Shown here: positions 35,226 through 46,729 of the stretch, piece by piece | Numbering within the stretch: position 1 is the first letter of the stretch | How the letters are laid out: every line of letters begins with the position of its first letter | NCBI GenBank assembly: GCA_010093995.1 | Contig: ML992516.1 | Coordinates: 62,001 to 110,195, forward strand | DNA from: Elsinoe ampelina | Taxonomy: Eukaryota | DNA length: 48,195 bases | Reading direction: 5' to 3' | Position numbers and translations under genes: made by a program | Notes under the pieces: model-generated | What the model was told of the DNA's origin: nothing | Database searches by the model: none | What the model saw: only the letters and a program-made list of their open reading frames with translations

Positions 35226-36038
35226 ATGTCGCACACTCGCAAGAAACCCTACCAACCCTCCTCACAACCAAGCATCACCTCTTTCTTCCCCTCCTCAACC
35301 TCCAACCCCGCCTCTCTCTCGACAGCGCCACCTCCCTCCTCCGCACCCTCCCGCCTCTCCCCCCTCCCCGACCCCATCCAATCCTCCCTCCTCAACGTCG
35401 GCATGCGCGTCCGCAAATCCGTCCCAGAAGGCTACAAAACGCACAAAACCCTCACATCATCCTTCCCCTACGCCACCGCAGCAGAAGAAGTCCGCGCATC
35501 GTCCACACAGCCCGGACCGTCCCCGTACGCACCCAGCGCAAGAAGGACACCAGGCGCGAACTCCTTGGCCATGCCGCGGACAAGCCAGGATGGAGCGCCT
35601 GCGAGTTCCGCGCCCCCTGCGCTGCTGAGAAGTACCAGCTCTCGCGCCCGCGAACTCCAGCCTTTCTGCGGCTTGCACAGCGTCGGCGGCATTGGTTCCC
35701 AGGAGAACGACGTGCCAGGGCTGGGGTGGTCGCAGCCTTCACTGGTCTCCATGTCCAGCGGGAGTGAGGAGGTGGAAAGCGGGAGGAAGCGTGGCCTGGA
35801 GGCTGATTATGAAGAGGAGATGGAGGCGGAATTGGATGGGTTTTTCGAGGTGTTGTTGGGGGAGGAGGAGGAGGGGGGACAGCAGGGTGGGGTGGCGGGG
35901 AGGAGGATCAAGGCGATGAGAGGGCGGGGAAGGGGGATTGGCTTGGGAGGGGGGAAGGGAGGAGGGGAGGTGCAGGTCGTAGGGGATTTTGAGGACGGGG
36001 ACGTGGAGTTTTTGGAGCCGATGGATGTTGATGTTTAG
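35226..36038 (+). CDS. Ribonucleotide reductase inhibitor, Spd1/Dif1 (Hug-domain) family
   Basis: Hug motif IQSSLLNVGMRVRKSVPEGYKT, plus RELQPFCGLH, an N-terminal QPSITSFF PIP-box-like motif and the acidic tail DFEDGDVEFL. Confidence 0.88.
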   Translation: MSHTRKKPYQPSSQPSITSFFPSSTSNPASLSTAPPPSSAPSRLSPLPDPIQSSLLNVGMRVRKSVPEGYKTHKTLTSSFPYATAAEEVRASSTQPGPSPYAPSARRTPGANSLAMPRTSQDGAPASSAPPALLRSTSSRARELQPFCGLHSVGGIGSQENDVPGLGWSQPSLVSMSSGSEEVESGRKRGLEADYEEEMEAELDGFFEVLLGEEEEGGQQGGVAGRRIKAMRGRGRGIGLGGGKGGGEVQVVGDFEDGDVEFLEPMDVDV

Positions 36039-36307
36039 AGGAGCAGGATGGAGGGGAAGAGAGATGATGCACGTTTACTCGGGGAGGGTGTGAGAGTGTA
36101 TGATATGGAAGCCGAGAAAGGATGGACAGGCAATTGTATAACGAGCGTAATGACAGACACTATATTGTACCGACGAGGCACGATGTGACATCCACAGATC
36201 CGGGGGTACAAACCCGATGGCATAAATTCGGCATTAAGGGTATATACAACGCCCAAACAAAAGTGGTATCGTCTCATCGTTCACCATCCATCATCATCCA
36301 GCGCTCC

Positions 36308-37447
36308 TCAAGCGTCAAAATTCCTATAATTACACGAACACTGCCTGTCCCCGGACTGCTGCATCAACCCCTCCACCCTAGCTCCCATCACCCCGTTGGT
36401 AGTCTCATAGCATACCGGCGTATCCTGCCCACCATTCGACACTTCACGAATCTCCACCGCGTACGGCCAACGGGGGTATCCGCCTTGGACTTGTGCGGAA
36501 TCGGTAATGCTATCTCCTGGATAGTCCACGAGTCGCGAGTTGGACAGGTACAGGGTGGCGATGAATTGGGTTTGGTTGAAGTAGCAGGTCGTTGCTGCGT
36601 TGTTGCTGGTCAGAGCGGTGGAGGGGACAACGATCTTGGGGTAGGTGAAGAGGAAGGTGTAGCGAGGGTTGTTGTTGTCGTTGATGTAGGTTAGTGTTTG
36701 GTTTTTGAGGGGGATGCTGAATGGGTCTCTGGATGCGGAGACGGTGAGGCTGGTGGAAGTCCCTGAGGAAGTCGTTGATGGAGCACTGGCGTTTGAGGGA
36801 AAGTCTTGGGATGGGCTGGTGAGGATCCAGTTGAAAAGAGCTAGCCCGTTGGTTGAATTGCTACCTTGTGAGGTACTGTATGGGTAGCATCGCCATGTTG
36901 CTGGGTTTGACGTGCAGTCTGTCTGTACGCTTCGAAGACTGGTGACAAAAGTGTACTGCCCGAGCGGGAATTGTGCACCACCTTGCTCGGAGGACTCAGC
37001 ATCGCCACTACCTGCTCTTTCTGTGGTCTTGTTCCTCCTTGATAGCCCGACACCCAATCCAACAGCCAAAGCAACGATAACGACCAGCACTATCAATGCA
37101 ATGATCAAGAAACGGCCCAATCCACCACGTCGTCCGGCGAGTCTCATCTTCGGCCCCGACTTCTCGTCCCCGGCGAAATACCGCAAGTCATCAGGTCGCC
37201 ATTCCCGACTGGCATATGGTGGAGGTGTGGTTTCCGCAGACGCTCGTGGAAGTGTTGGCCCCCTACTCTTTGTCGACCAAGTCTTGTTGCTATGGCGGGA
37301 CGGAGCATTTTCTCTTGCTGGACCATCTCCACCGTTCTCCAGAATAGTGGCCAGTCGGTCGCCAGCTGGGGTCGACATCCTTCTTGGTGGAGGAACCTCC
37401 AAGAGAGTTGAATGGGGCCGTCGAGGGGTTTTGCGAAAGAGATCCAT
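36308..37447 (-). CDS. Type II single-pass membrane protein with Cys-containing extracellular domain (fungal family of unknown function)
   Basis: First ATG at 37447 (MDLFRK); the ORF track starts at an upstream TTG. It has a cytoplasmic PPPY, the TM segment FLIIALIVLVVIVALAVGLGVGL, and a C-terminal domain with DCTSNPATWRCYPY, TTCYFN and QCSCNY. Confidence 0.85.
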   Translation of the reverse strand: MDLFRKTPRRPHSTLLEVPPPRRMSTPAGDRLATILENGGDGPARENAPSRHSNKTWSTKSRGPTLPRASAETTPPPYASREWRPDDLRYFAGDEKSGPKMRLAGRRGGLGRFLIIALIVLVVIVALAVGLGVGLSRRNKTTERAGSGDAESSEQGGAQFPLGQYTFVTSLRSVQTDCTSNPATWRCYPYSTSQGSNSTNGLALFNWILTSPSQDFPSNASAPSTTSSGTSTSLTVSASRDPFSIPLKNQTLTYINDNNNPRYTFLFTYPKIVVPSTALTSNNAATTCYFNQTQFIATLYLSNSRLVDYPGDSITDSAQVQGGYPRWPYAVEIREVSNGGQDTPVCYETTNGVMGARVEGLMQQSGDRQCSCNYRNFDA

Positions 37448-38067
37448 TTTCGCGAATGCCTCCGACGTCACCCTGATTTTCCGGAACGACCGTTGAAGAG
37501 AGCTTTCTCGCCCCAGCAACTTTGAAGCGGACTGACCTAGCAAATATCCATATCTTTCCCTTCGCGGCGATGCAAGCTATTCATACCAGACAAGAATGAA
37601 AGGAAAAATTGAAAAGATTCAGGAACACTTACGTATGAAACATGGCAAAGAGGAATGGAGGCGAGACAGCCACATGCGAAAGCTATCGAATTGGGCGAAG
37701 AGGCGGCCCAGAAGAAGCAACCAAAGAGGCCAAAACGCACAGGCCGCTCCCTTTTTTGACGCGATCTGCGGGATGTGCTGCAAGTTGTCGATCATCCTTC
37801 AGCCAATCGGAACATGTGACGAGTCAAGGAGTTTGCAACCTCATATCGGAATTCACATGGTGTATGGAGGTAATCTCACTGCACATTTCACTTTATCCCA
37901 GCATGTGCTGATACCGCATGTGACACGCTTGGCGTGTCTGCCTTGTGAATGGTAAACATATAAGGTCGCCTTGAACTCCATCATGAAGTATGCCACTTTC
38001 ACCAAATACTTCTTCCTCAGCACTTACCAGTTGCAGCACACTTCCGTACCACGGCCCAGCAGACGCC

Positions 38068-40429
38068 ATGGCACCGGGGTCGTCTCAGCATAGAATCCTG
38101 CCAGTCTGCACGGCATCAGATGGCGATCGCTCTCGCTGGCCAGAGAGGGGTCTTACTCGTGAAGATCCCGCACATTACCTCACCCGACTGGCGACCAAAT
38201 ACATGCAGGAGAAAGGCAAAGCGCAGAAAGGTTGGTTCTATGATTTGAGATGGATGATGCACCAATACTAACCTTACGCAGGCGAGAAGTACATCCTGAA
38301 TCACCTCCCAGCGGGATACGGGCTCTTTGGCAAGAGAAGAAGCAACGATGTCAATCACGTGAGTGGCAGGCTCATTCTTCGCCTATACATGCTGACTGCG
38401 ATAGGTTGATCGATATCTTTATGGCCATGAGAGCTACAAGTTTCGTTCTGCCGAGGAATTCTACGAGCACTTTCGTTGTCTGATGGATACTGGATCGATC
38501 GCGAATTGCACTTGTATTGCCTGCTCAGGGGGCCGAAAACGTGGTCGTCCAAAATCCGAGAGTGTCACTCACAGTCATGCTTCTACAGGGCTGAGGTCAA
38601 AGCCGAAGCCCAAGTCAAAGCCGATGACGTACCCGAAGAACACCGCAAACGGGCAGGATGGAGTCTTCATGGAGACACCCCTTAATCCAAGCACGTTCTC
38701 CAGGCCACCACAGAGATCTACCACTCCGGAGTATGAGAACGCCGACGAGGAAGGCACCCCGGACATCTACCGCCAACTTGTCGAAAAGCTTTCCAGCGAG
38801 TTGAATGTGGATGAGCCAATCCAAGAGCCCAAATCTTTCGACTGGCAGATCAATCGCAAGAGTATCGTCCCTTTCTTAAAGGGACTTGCAGACCAGCCAT
38901 CGTTCCAGCCTCGCATCGGCGAGATAGTCCTGTTTGTCCGCGGCCTGTCAGCTTCCCAACTGGTGAGCTTCGACAACGATAAGCAGGCTTACGTGGTCTG
39001 GGACACGCAGCAGGAAGTGTTGATTGAGATGCCCCCGTGGGAAGCTGGTGTTGTCACCGAAGTCCCGGCAGAGCCAATCACTGTGGCAGATTTGGTCCTC
39101 GAGCAGCCAAAGAAGCATCAAGTCAACTATTCTGGATACCGTATCGAGCCGATGTCTGCGCCCAACATTGAGGACAAGCACTGGTCGAAGAGAGTCGCAA
39201 TGGTACGCCTTAATGAAATGCGCCCATTCTCGATCTATCGTCAAGTCCACAAAGGTGTTCAGCCGAAGGACTTTCACGTAACTGTCGCAAATGCACTCGC
39301 GGTCATGTCGTCGTTCTGCCTCTTCGAAAAGTATCACTTCAAAGGAGTCTGGCCAGATGCGTCAGTCTTCTGCAGGGGCTTATTCCTCGGTTCGGAGTTC
39401 TTGACGGTTGGCGATACTGTGCGACTGATCCCAAGTGCGAATACTCCGGACGTCAATCAGGTCTGGGATGTCCTCACAATCACATCGATCAAGCTTAGGA
39501 TGGTACATCTCGACAGCCGTGACAATCCCGGATTCGACTCCGAGAGCGGCCGATGGTACGACTGCTGTGTCCATGTCGATGGCATCGCATTCACCCGCGA
39601 TCAAAGCCGTGCATGGGGTATGGGGAAGCTGCCATTCAGCGAAGATGAGGAGGGTCTTCCGACCTGCTTGAAAGGTTACGGAAGCTGGTACCGCCTGCAC
39701 GACCCGAAGAAGCGATGGAAGGTACCTTTCTCGAAGATCCTCGGCCGTTGCTTCGAAGCGGATGCGATGAAGCTATGGTTCTCCTCGGTCAAGAGTGTTC
39801 CGACCTTTCCCAAAGTCTCGATATTCGCAGCCGTCAATTCGTCCCAAGGCATTCCGGACGCAATCATACCTACCGAGGCCGTCGACATCAGTCGTGGTCT
39901 CAAAGACATTGTCAGTGCACGAAACTTCTCTCGATCTCGTGACTCGCGTATCACCAAGACGGAGACTTCATGGTTCTGGGCCGAAGATCGTGCTGATCAA
40001 CTCGACTTGCACGAAGTCAAGGGTCAAGCTGTCAGAGCTTTCGTGCACGGTCGACCCACCAGGGACATCAAGGCGTGGAAGCGTGCGATGAAGATCAGAG
40101 AGAAAGGAGCAGGACACCGTGCAAAGCCAAACATGTCCAATGTCAGCTTTGGTCAGCCTAGCAGTGCTGTGACAACCCTTACTGGGCCAGGTGCTACTGA
40201 AGCAGAGGAGGATCAAGAGGATGACGAAGAGAGTGGATCTGGAGAAGACGAGGCGGCCGCTTCTCGCTCCGGAGACCCTTCGCCGAATGATGGCGTATCT
40301 GATGTGGAAATGGTGGAAGCAGAAGAGGAGCAAGGGACTATCGACGCAAGACAGATTCGAGTTCAAGGTGGTGATGAGAGCTCAGAGGCAGAGTCTGAGG
40401 AAGAAGATTTGAGCACTTGGATGAAGTGA
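38068..40429 (+). CDS. clr2: Cryptic loci regulator Clr2-like heterochromatin silencing protein (~754 aa; exons 38068-38230, 38282-38358, 38405-40429)
   Basis: The spliced N-terminus SDG...YILNHLPAGYGLF...VDRYLYGH..KFRSAEEFYEHF.CL..NCTCIAC matches the Clr2 N-terminal domain. Also DIYRQLVEKL..DEPIQEPKSFDW, FQPRIGEIVLF and a BAH-like GLFLGSEFLTVGDTVRL. Introns at 38231-38281 and 38359-38404. Confidence 0.85.
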
Positions 40430-40810
40430 TTTGAGATACCCAAGGTACAAAAGACTCAAGACTCTCAAGAGTCTGCCTATTCACGAATTACGCAGTATAT
40501 TTTAGCATATTGACATAAGGATAAGAATGTCTGAACGGAAGCACGTGACCTGACCGAAATTCTGTTTCAGCGCAAAGTGACGCCCGAGTGTTGTCGACAA
40601 ATGACATCGACCCTTTCCTTGTGAAGAACGACCCGCCAACTTTTTTCACCTCACCACAACGCGACAATCACGCCTTTCATTCCGATTCACCTCCGATGCA
40701 TCAACATTGATCAATCCGCTTCTTCACAAATGAAATAATTATCAAATCACGACTTCCGCATTGACGACCCTCGACCCTCGATCGCGCCGTTTGCGCGCAT
40801 CCACTCCAAC

Positions 40811-43800
40811 ATGTCGAAGAGGGGTATGGACCTTCAAGGAGGTGCCGATCGGTATGGAGGAGGTGAAGGACCGGAGACACCGACAGATACGCCTCGGCAG
40901 GCTACAGCTGCACAAATGGCGCGAAGAAAGTAGGTGATCTCACAGTTGTACTACCTATGGGAGCTTGGTGGGGATAATGTTCGGGGCGATGCAGAGACTC
41001 GCGCATGGTTTCACTGGCGGTACAAGAGCTTGGAAGGTTCCCGGCGACTGTGAGAGCTTGTCTATGGTCTATGGTGAAATCCATTTGCAAGATACTGGGC
41101 ATTGAAAAAGACGCTCAGACAAAGGCAAACAAGCTGCGGAATTCATATCGACTCACACTCTTGTGCAATCAGATATCTTTGGACATTGACTAACAATTCC
41201 TCCCAGAATCGCGACCATCAAGCGACCTGCAAGAGCGACATCACCCAACAAGACTACTCCCTCCTTTAGTGGCTTTGGCCAGCAGCCAGCAACCATGAAT
41301 TCTCAGCCACCTTCTTCCGGCTTTGCATTCGGTCAGAACGGGACAAATGGAACCTCGGCCACGAGTACATTCAATTTTGGACAAAACCAGAATAACAGCA
41401 ATGGCGGCGGATTTGCATTTGGTCAATCACAGGGTGGTTCGACCTCAAACAGCTTCACTTTCGGTCAGCAGAGCAGTGGACAGAATGGAGGGTTCAATTT
41501 CAACGCCGGTGGTCCTGTCAGTTTTCCAGGTGGTTCTGGAACAAATCCTTTCGCAACCACCAACGGACAATCAGGAGCTGGAGCTGGCTTCTCAGGCAAT
41601 ATCTTCAGCATCCCGGGCTCAGCCAACTCTTCCCAGCAGACACAAGGTGCGACCAATGGATTCAGCTTCGCATCTGCCAACGGGTCAACAGCCCCGTCAA
41701 GCCCCTCGCATTCGTTTGGAGCAGTAGACAACGATAAGAAAGAAATTGAGCAGCGGGAACCATACCTCAACTCCGAGCAACTGAAAAAGGTAGAAGAGAT
41801 TGTCGGGCAGCATCTACCAGATGTAGGTCTCATGAGAAGAGGTGATGCTACAGCAGATCGCTTACAAAGACAGATACCAAGCTCTTACTCGAAGGATCCT
41901 CTGGATCTGCTGCCTCAAGATGTGCTGTCGCAACTTGCACAGTACATCCGATCTCTCCCCTCACCTGCCATGGGCAGTCAGGCGAGTGCTACGTCGCTAT
42001 TCAGCAAGCCGTATCGAGCAAAGTCGAAAAAGCCATGGGTGACAGATACGGAGAGGAATGAGCTAAAGGCTGCTGCGCCAAATCTCACGCCAGAGCAGCG
42101 GAACAAATTAACACAGATCGTGAAAGACAACGTGGAACCATTGAAGTTCAAGAGCGACAGCGAATTACCCAGCTTCGAATATCTTCCCAATGACGTTCAA
42201 CGGGAGATGCTGGAATTCGTCCGCCAGCCAGCTGGACAGCAAGCACAAACACCTGCAAAACCTGCCAACCCCTTCAACTTCTCTACAAGCGCAACACCTA
42301 AAGCCAAGGCGGCAGAATCACCAGCCGCAGAGCAGCCAAAGTCGAATCCTTTCGCAAGCATCAAGTCAGCAAGTGCATCTCCTGCCGCACCATCAAAGCC
42401 GTCAACACCCTTCACTTTTGGTCAGCCGAAGCCAGCGGCGACTGCTCAGTCTTCCCTGCCAACCTTCTCGTTCGCAAAGCCTGCGGAGCCGGCTGCAGCC
42501 GCGCCATCAAATGAGAAGGAGGCAAGCGTGGATGTACCAGAGGAAACGGCATCAAAGACCAACCCATTCGCTTCTGTCTCTCGATCAATGTCACCCTCGC
42601 CATCGCCAGCAAAGGCCCAGAATGCCACACCAAAGAGTCTTTTTGACTCTGCCCCAACCAATGGTGTCAGCTCAGGATTCAAGTTCCAACCAGCTCCGAC
42701 TGACAATGGAGCTGCCGTTCCATCTGCTACACCTGCGAAACCGGCCTTTTCTTTCGGCGGATCCAAAACCCCTGCCACCAGCGCCAACAACTTCTTCAAC
42801 TCCTCTGCTGCACCCAATCCGCCAGCAACTGCGCCGACGCAAAAGACAGGGTCAATTTTCAATCAGACAGCCAGCGCTCCTTCCAGCCAGCCAAGCTTCG
42901 CAGCGCAGAAAACGCCAGTGTCGAAGCAGTCGCAAGGTCAAACGACTGTGCCAGTTCCCAGCACTTATGTCCCGCAGCCTGGCGACAGTCTGATTACTCT
43001 CGTTTCCAAGACCGGCTTATTGAATGCTTGCTTCCGAAGCCACATCAAGAAGCTTGAGACTTATGCAGATTGGAGTGCCCCGGTAGGATACTTTCTCCAA
43101 GAGTTGGACACGCTCAAGGCTGCTATCAAAAAGAAAGAGCAGGAGGAAGAGACTGCTGGTCAAAGCCGACAAGCTCAAGTCGTACCACCGTCGACAGGCA
43201 AACCACCATTCGCCCAATCCATCTTGCCTCCATCGACGGGCAAACGTACCTCGGAAACCCCTATCACTCCAAAAGCGCAGGCAGACGAGTTGCCGGCAAA
43301 GAAACCGAAGGCTACTCCTGGCTTTCAGATCTCGTCGCCGTCAAAGCCTCTCAGCAACACTGCCAACCTCTTCAACAGTATTCTCTCTTCACCTGACAAG
43401 CCTGCAGCTACAGTCACGCCTTCAAAGCCCGCAGAGACTCCTGCGAACATCTTCAAATTCCAGCCACCCACAGGATCAACACCGTCGACTGTGTCAAAGG
43501 CTCCAAATCAACCACTTCCAAACCAGCCATTCGCAAGTATGGCTTCACCATTTAAGCCCGCGCCCTCTCCAGCATCCCAGAGTGCTCCTACTTTTTCAGT
43601 GCCCAAGTTCGGCGGAGGTGGTAGCTCCAACAACTTTTTGTCTTCGTTTGGAGCCCAGGCCGCCAAGGAATCGGAGAAAGAAAAGGCGAAGCGAAAGGCT
43701 GAGGACTTTGACTCTGACGACGATGATGAGGAAGAGTGGGAGAGGAAAGATCGAGAGGAACAGGAAGAGAAGAGGCGTAAGCTTGCAGAGTCCGCTAACA

Positions 43801-45008
43801 AAGTTGCTAAAATGGTTGATGGTAAGATGGTTTGGGTCAGCAAGGACCAGGCAAATGCAGAACCACCAGCGACCAAGTCAACAGCGTCTGTGTTTGACAG
43901 CCCATCACTAGGGACAGGAACAACTCCCACGCCCGCTAATCCCTTCTCCTTCCTGTCCAAGTCGAATGCGACAGAGGCGAACGGACAGAAGGGTCTGACT
44001 TCCACATCGCAGGAGGACACTGACGAGGATGACGATGAGGACGAAGAGAACAGAGCACCTGTCACCAACGGTATCAACGTGCCGGCAACGCCCGCGAAGA
44101 GTGGTGGACTTTTCGACCGAGTGAGCAAGAATTCAGACGGAACGCTTCAACGAGAAGCCCCAGACACTGCAAAGAAGTCTGTTTTCGGTTTCAGTACAAG
44201 TCCTGCTGGAGACAATACATGGAAGCCCGAGACACCGATCAAATTTGGCACCACGGAAACTCCTGGATCGACCACGCCGTCAGGATCTCCTGCCAAGTCG
44301 CTCTTCAACTTTTCCAACAACACGACTTCGCAGCCTAGCGCTCCAAGTCTACCCAAATTCAACTTTGGAGGACCGTCAGCAGACAGCAACAAACCATCTC
44401 TATTCTCGTCTATCCCCTCGACAGCTCCCCCTTCTGCCAGCGTTGGCTTCAAGTTCGGCAATCCTCCAGCGGGCGGAGCTTCGCTACTATCCACACCCCA
44501 GCCAGGCAGCTCTGCCCCATCCATCTTCTCCTCTGCTCCTGGCTCGCGTGCAACCACCCCTGGTGCTACTACCGCCGATGAAGCTTCGACCACTGCTGGA
44601 ACAGATAATGAAGAGGACGCCGCGCCTGCCGAAGAGCAGAAGGACCTTACAGCCCTATCTGCGGAAGAATTGCGCAACGAGGAGGTGCTGTTTGAGCAGA
44701 AAGCTCGATGCAGAAAATTCGTCAGAGGTGGAGAATCGCCATGGGAGAACAAGGGTATCGGCATCATTAGGCTACTCAAGAATAAGGAATCTGGTAGCCA
44801 CAGGATCTTGATGCGACTGGCTCCTGGTGGGCAGATCATCATCAACGCCAATCTACTGAAGGACAAGGAGCTCTATTCTATCCAAAATGAGAAACTGGTC
44901 AAAATGGTGTTCGCCGAGGGTCAAGGGGAGCTGAGCACATATATCCTCACATTCGGGAAGAAGGAGAGCGCGGAAGAGCTACTAGGAAAGGTCAAAGCGG
45001 CCGAATGA
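40811..45008 (+). CDS. NUP2: Nucleoporin Nup2/Nup50/Nup61 (~1306 aa; exons 40811-40929, 41207-45008)
   Basis: N-terminal importin-alpha-binding signature MSKR...ATAAQMARR-KIA spans intron 40930-41206 (GTAGGT..ACTAAC..CAG). The protein also has FxFG/NPF repeats, a central LNACF..ADWS helix and a C-terminal Ran-binding domain (EEVLFEQKAR..WENKGIGIIRLLKNKE..RILMR). Confidence 0.92.
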
Positions 45009-45238
45009 TGGCATGACAAAGGACAGTGATTAAGATAGCAGACGAGATATTTGTGCATCTTTGGTTTTACGCATAGCAAGGCGCTTTGGGACCACTGAAC
45101 GGGCAAAAACATGTACATTGGCAGCACCAGGCGGATATCACCAGAGATGGAACAGCGAGTAGATAGTTATCAAAGATCCTCCGACAGCATGAGCTTGTGT
45201 CCTTTTCGGCAGTTCGTTCTATCCTTGAGCTGAGGGCT

Positions 45239-46377
45239 TCATTTCGACAACTGCACTTCCACTATTGCTCGCCCTACCCCTTCTTCCATACCGTTCAACG
45301 CAGTCGTCTCGACCTCGGCTGCGGTCAGGCCTTTTTCTCGACATGACGCCTTCAATGCATCTACGCTGCCGCCGACCCCAAAGTAGAATTTCTTCGCCGC
45401 CACATATGCTTTATTTGTCGCTCCCCCTCTCAGCACACCATGCACAAGGTCGACGAAGCTCTGCAATGAAGCAGGACTGTAGATCGTCTCGGCAGCCAAC
45501 ACCAGCGTCGACTTTCCCTCGACACTTTGCGGCATGAGCTTCACCATGTCCCCTCCCCATGGCCCGCTCAGTAGCTTCACCTCGACACCCGCCTTTCTCA
45601 GGTCCCCTTCAAACTCCCTGACCAATTCCTCGGTCACGTCCAGATCCCCCGAGTCTCCCTCCATACCCTCCTTGCCCTTCAGCTTCGCCCACGCCAACAG
45701 CAGATTCGGTAACGACACCAACCGTAACACATCAGCGTTGAAGTCCGCCACCGTGAATTTCACCGCCCGTCCATCGGCAAGTGCAAGCTGAAACAACACC
45801 AAAGTCGGCAACGCACTCCCCGCCCCTAGTTCGACCACATTCGCCACCCCGTCCAGGCCGTCGACGGAGCCCTTGGAGCATCGATCTAGCAGCAGCGATG
45901 CGAGGTCAAGACTACATTCCCAGGTCTTGAAACCGCCTTCGTAGATTTGGGAGGATATGTCTGAGGTGGAGAGGGAAGTGAGGAGAGCGTGGTTGTCTTC
46001 TGCCATGAGCTGTTGGCGGATGTCGAAGAGCTCGCGGCGAGGGAGGGGGAGGTGTTGACCCGAGGGAGAGAGGATGGGGGTGGTGGCGTAGGAGAGGCGG
46101 GAGGGGAGGAGGGGGAGCTGGTGGTGTTAGGACGGAAATTCTTCTATCAAAGGATTGGATGAAGCTATACGAATCTACGAATTAAGAGAGAAAGCAAAGA
46201 CGAGACACAGGATAGTGGGAGATGACCTACCCATTCGCTCAGGCTATGCTCTTGCACAGGCACGTTTGACGCAGCGTCTGGCAAGATGGTCGAGCTCGCG
46301 GCCACGTTGCCTTGGCTTGCAGACTCATCTTCGTCCGGATCTATGTCATCTCCGGAGAAGTTGAAGGCGAAGGACAT
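45239..46377 (-). CDS. HPM1: Histidine protein methyltransferase Hpm1/METTL18 (~341 aa; exons 46377-46231, 46117-45239)
   Basis: MSFAFNFSGDDI start, LPRRELFDIRQQLMAED, YEGGFKTWECSLDL, VVELGAGSALP, LAAETIYS and AAKKFYFGVGG. Intron 46230-46118 reads GTAGGT..CTAAC..CAG. Confidence 0.93.
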
Positions 46378-46587
46378 GTCCGTCAGACGGAAGGCCCTGC
46401 AGGATAGTTATATTGATGCCTCTGCATTCCTGCCCTTGAATCTTTTCATACGGCCGCAATGCCGTGCTCTGATTGGCTGCGGTCTTTACACTCTTGGCAA
46501 GTCCGGAGGCCTGTCAACCGAGGCATAAGCTGGAGCGCCAAGAAGACCCTGAGTCAGTTCATCCCAAGGTTGAACTAAACACTATCT

Positions 46588-46729
46588 TGTTGTAACTGGC
46601 AAATCGGATCGAGAGACGTGTGTTTTATTCAGAGAGTTACAATAACCGATTTATCTACTATGCGTGTGCTGATTTATTAGTACCAGTTCTTTAGTACTAG
46701 AGAAGCTATACTAGCCTTCTATTATAACA
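46588..46729 (-). repeat. 3' LTR (142 bp) of a Ty1/Copia-like retrotransposon
   Basis: Plus-strand termini are TGTTGTAAC (46588) and ATTATAACA (46729), a 9-bp inverted repeat once two RIP-type transitions are allowed. On the minus strand the LTR is immediately preceded by the polypurine tract AGAGAGGGAG and contains AATAAA. Confidence 0.8.

Noticed and set aside
35226..46377. Chromatin/nuclear gene cluster (Spd1-like, Clr2, Nup2, Hpm1) beside the RIP block
   Set aside because: These are unrelated housekeeping pathways with no shared motif seen; the neighbourhood is probably coincidental.
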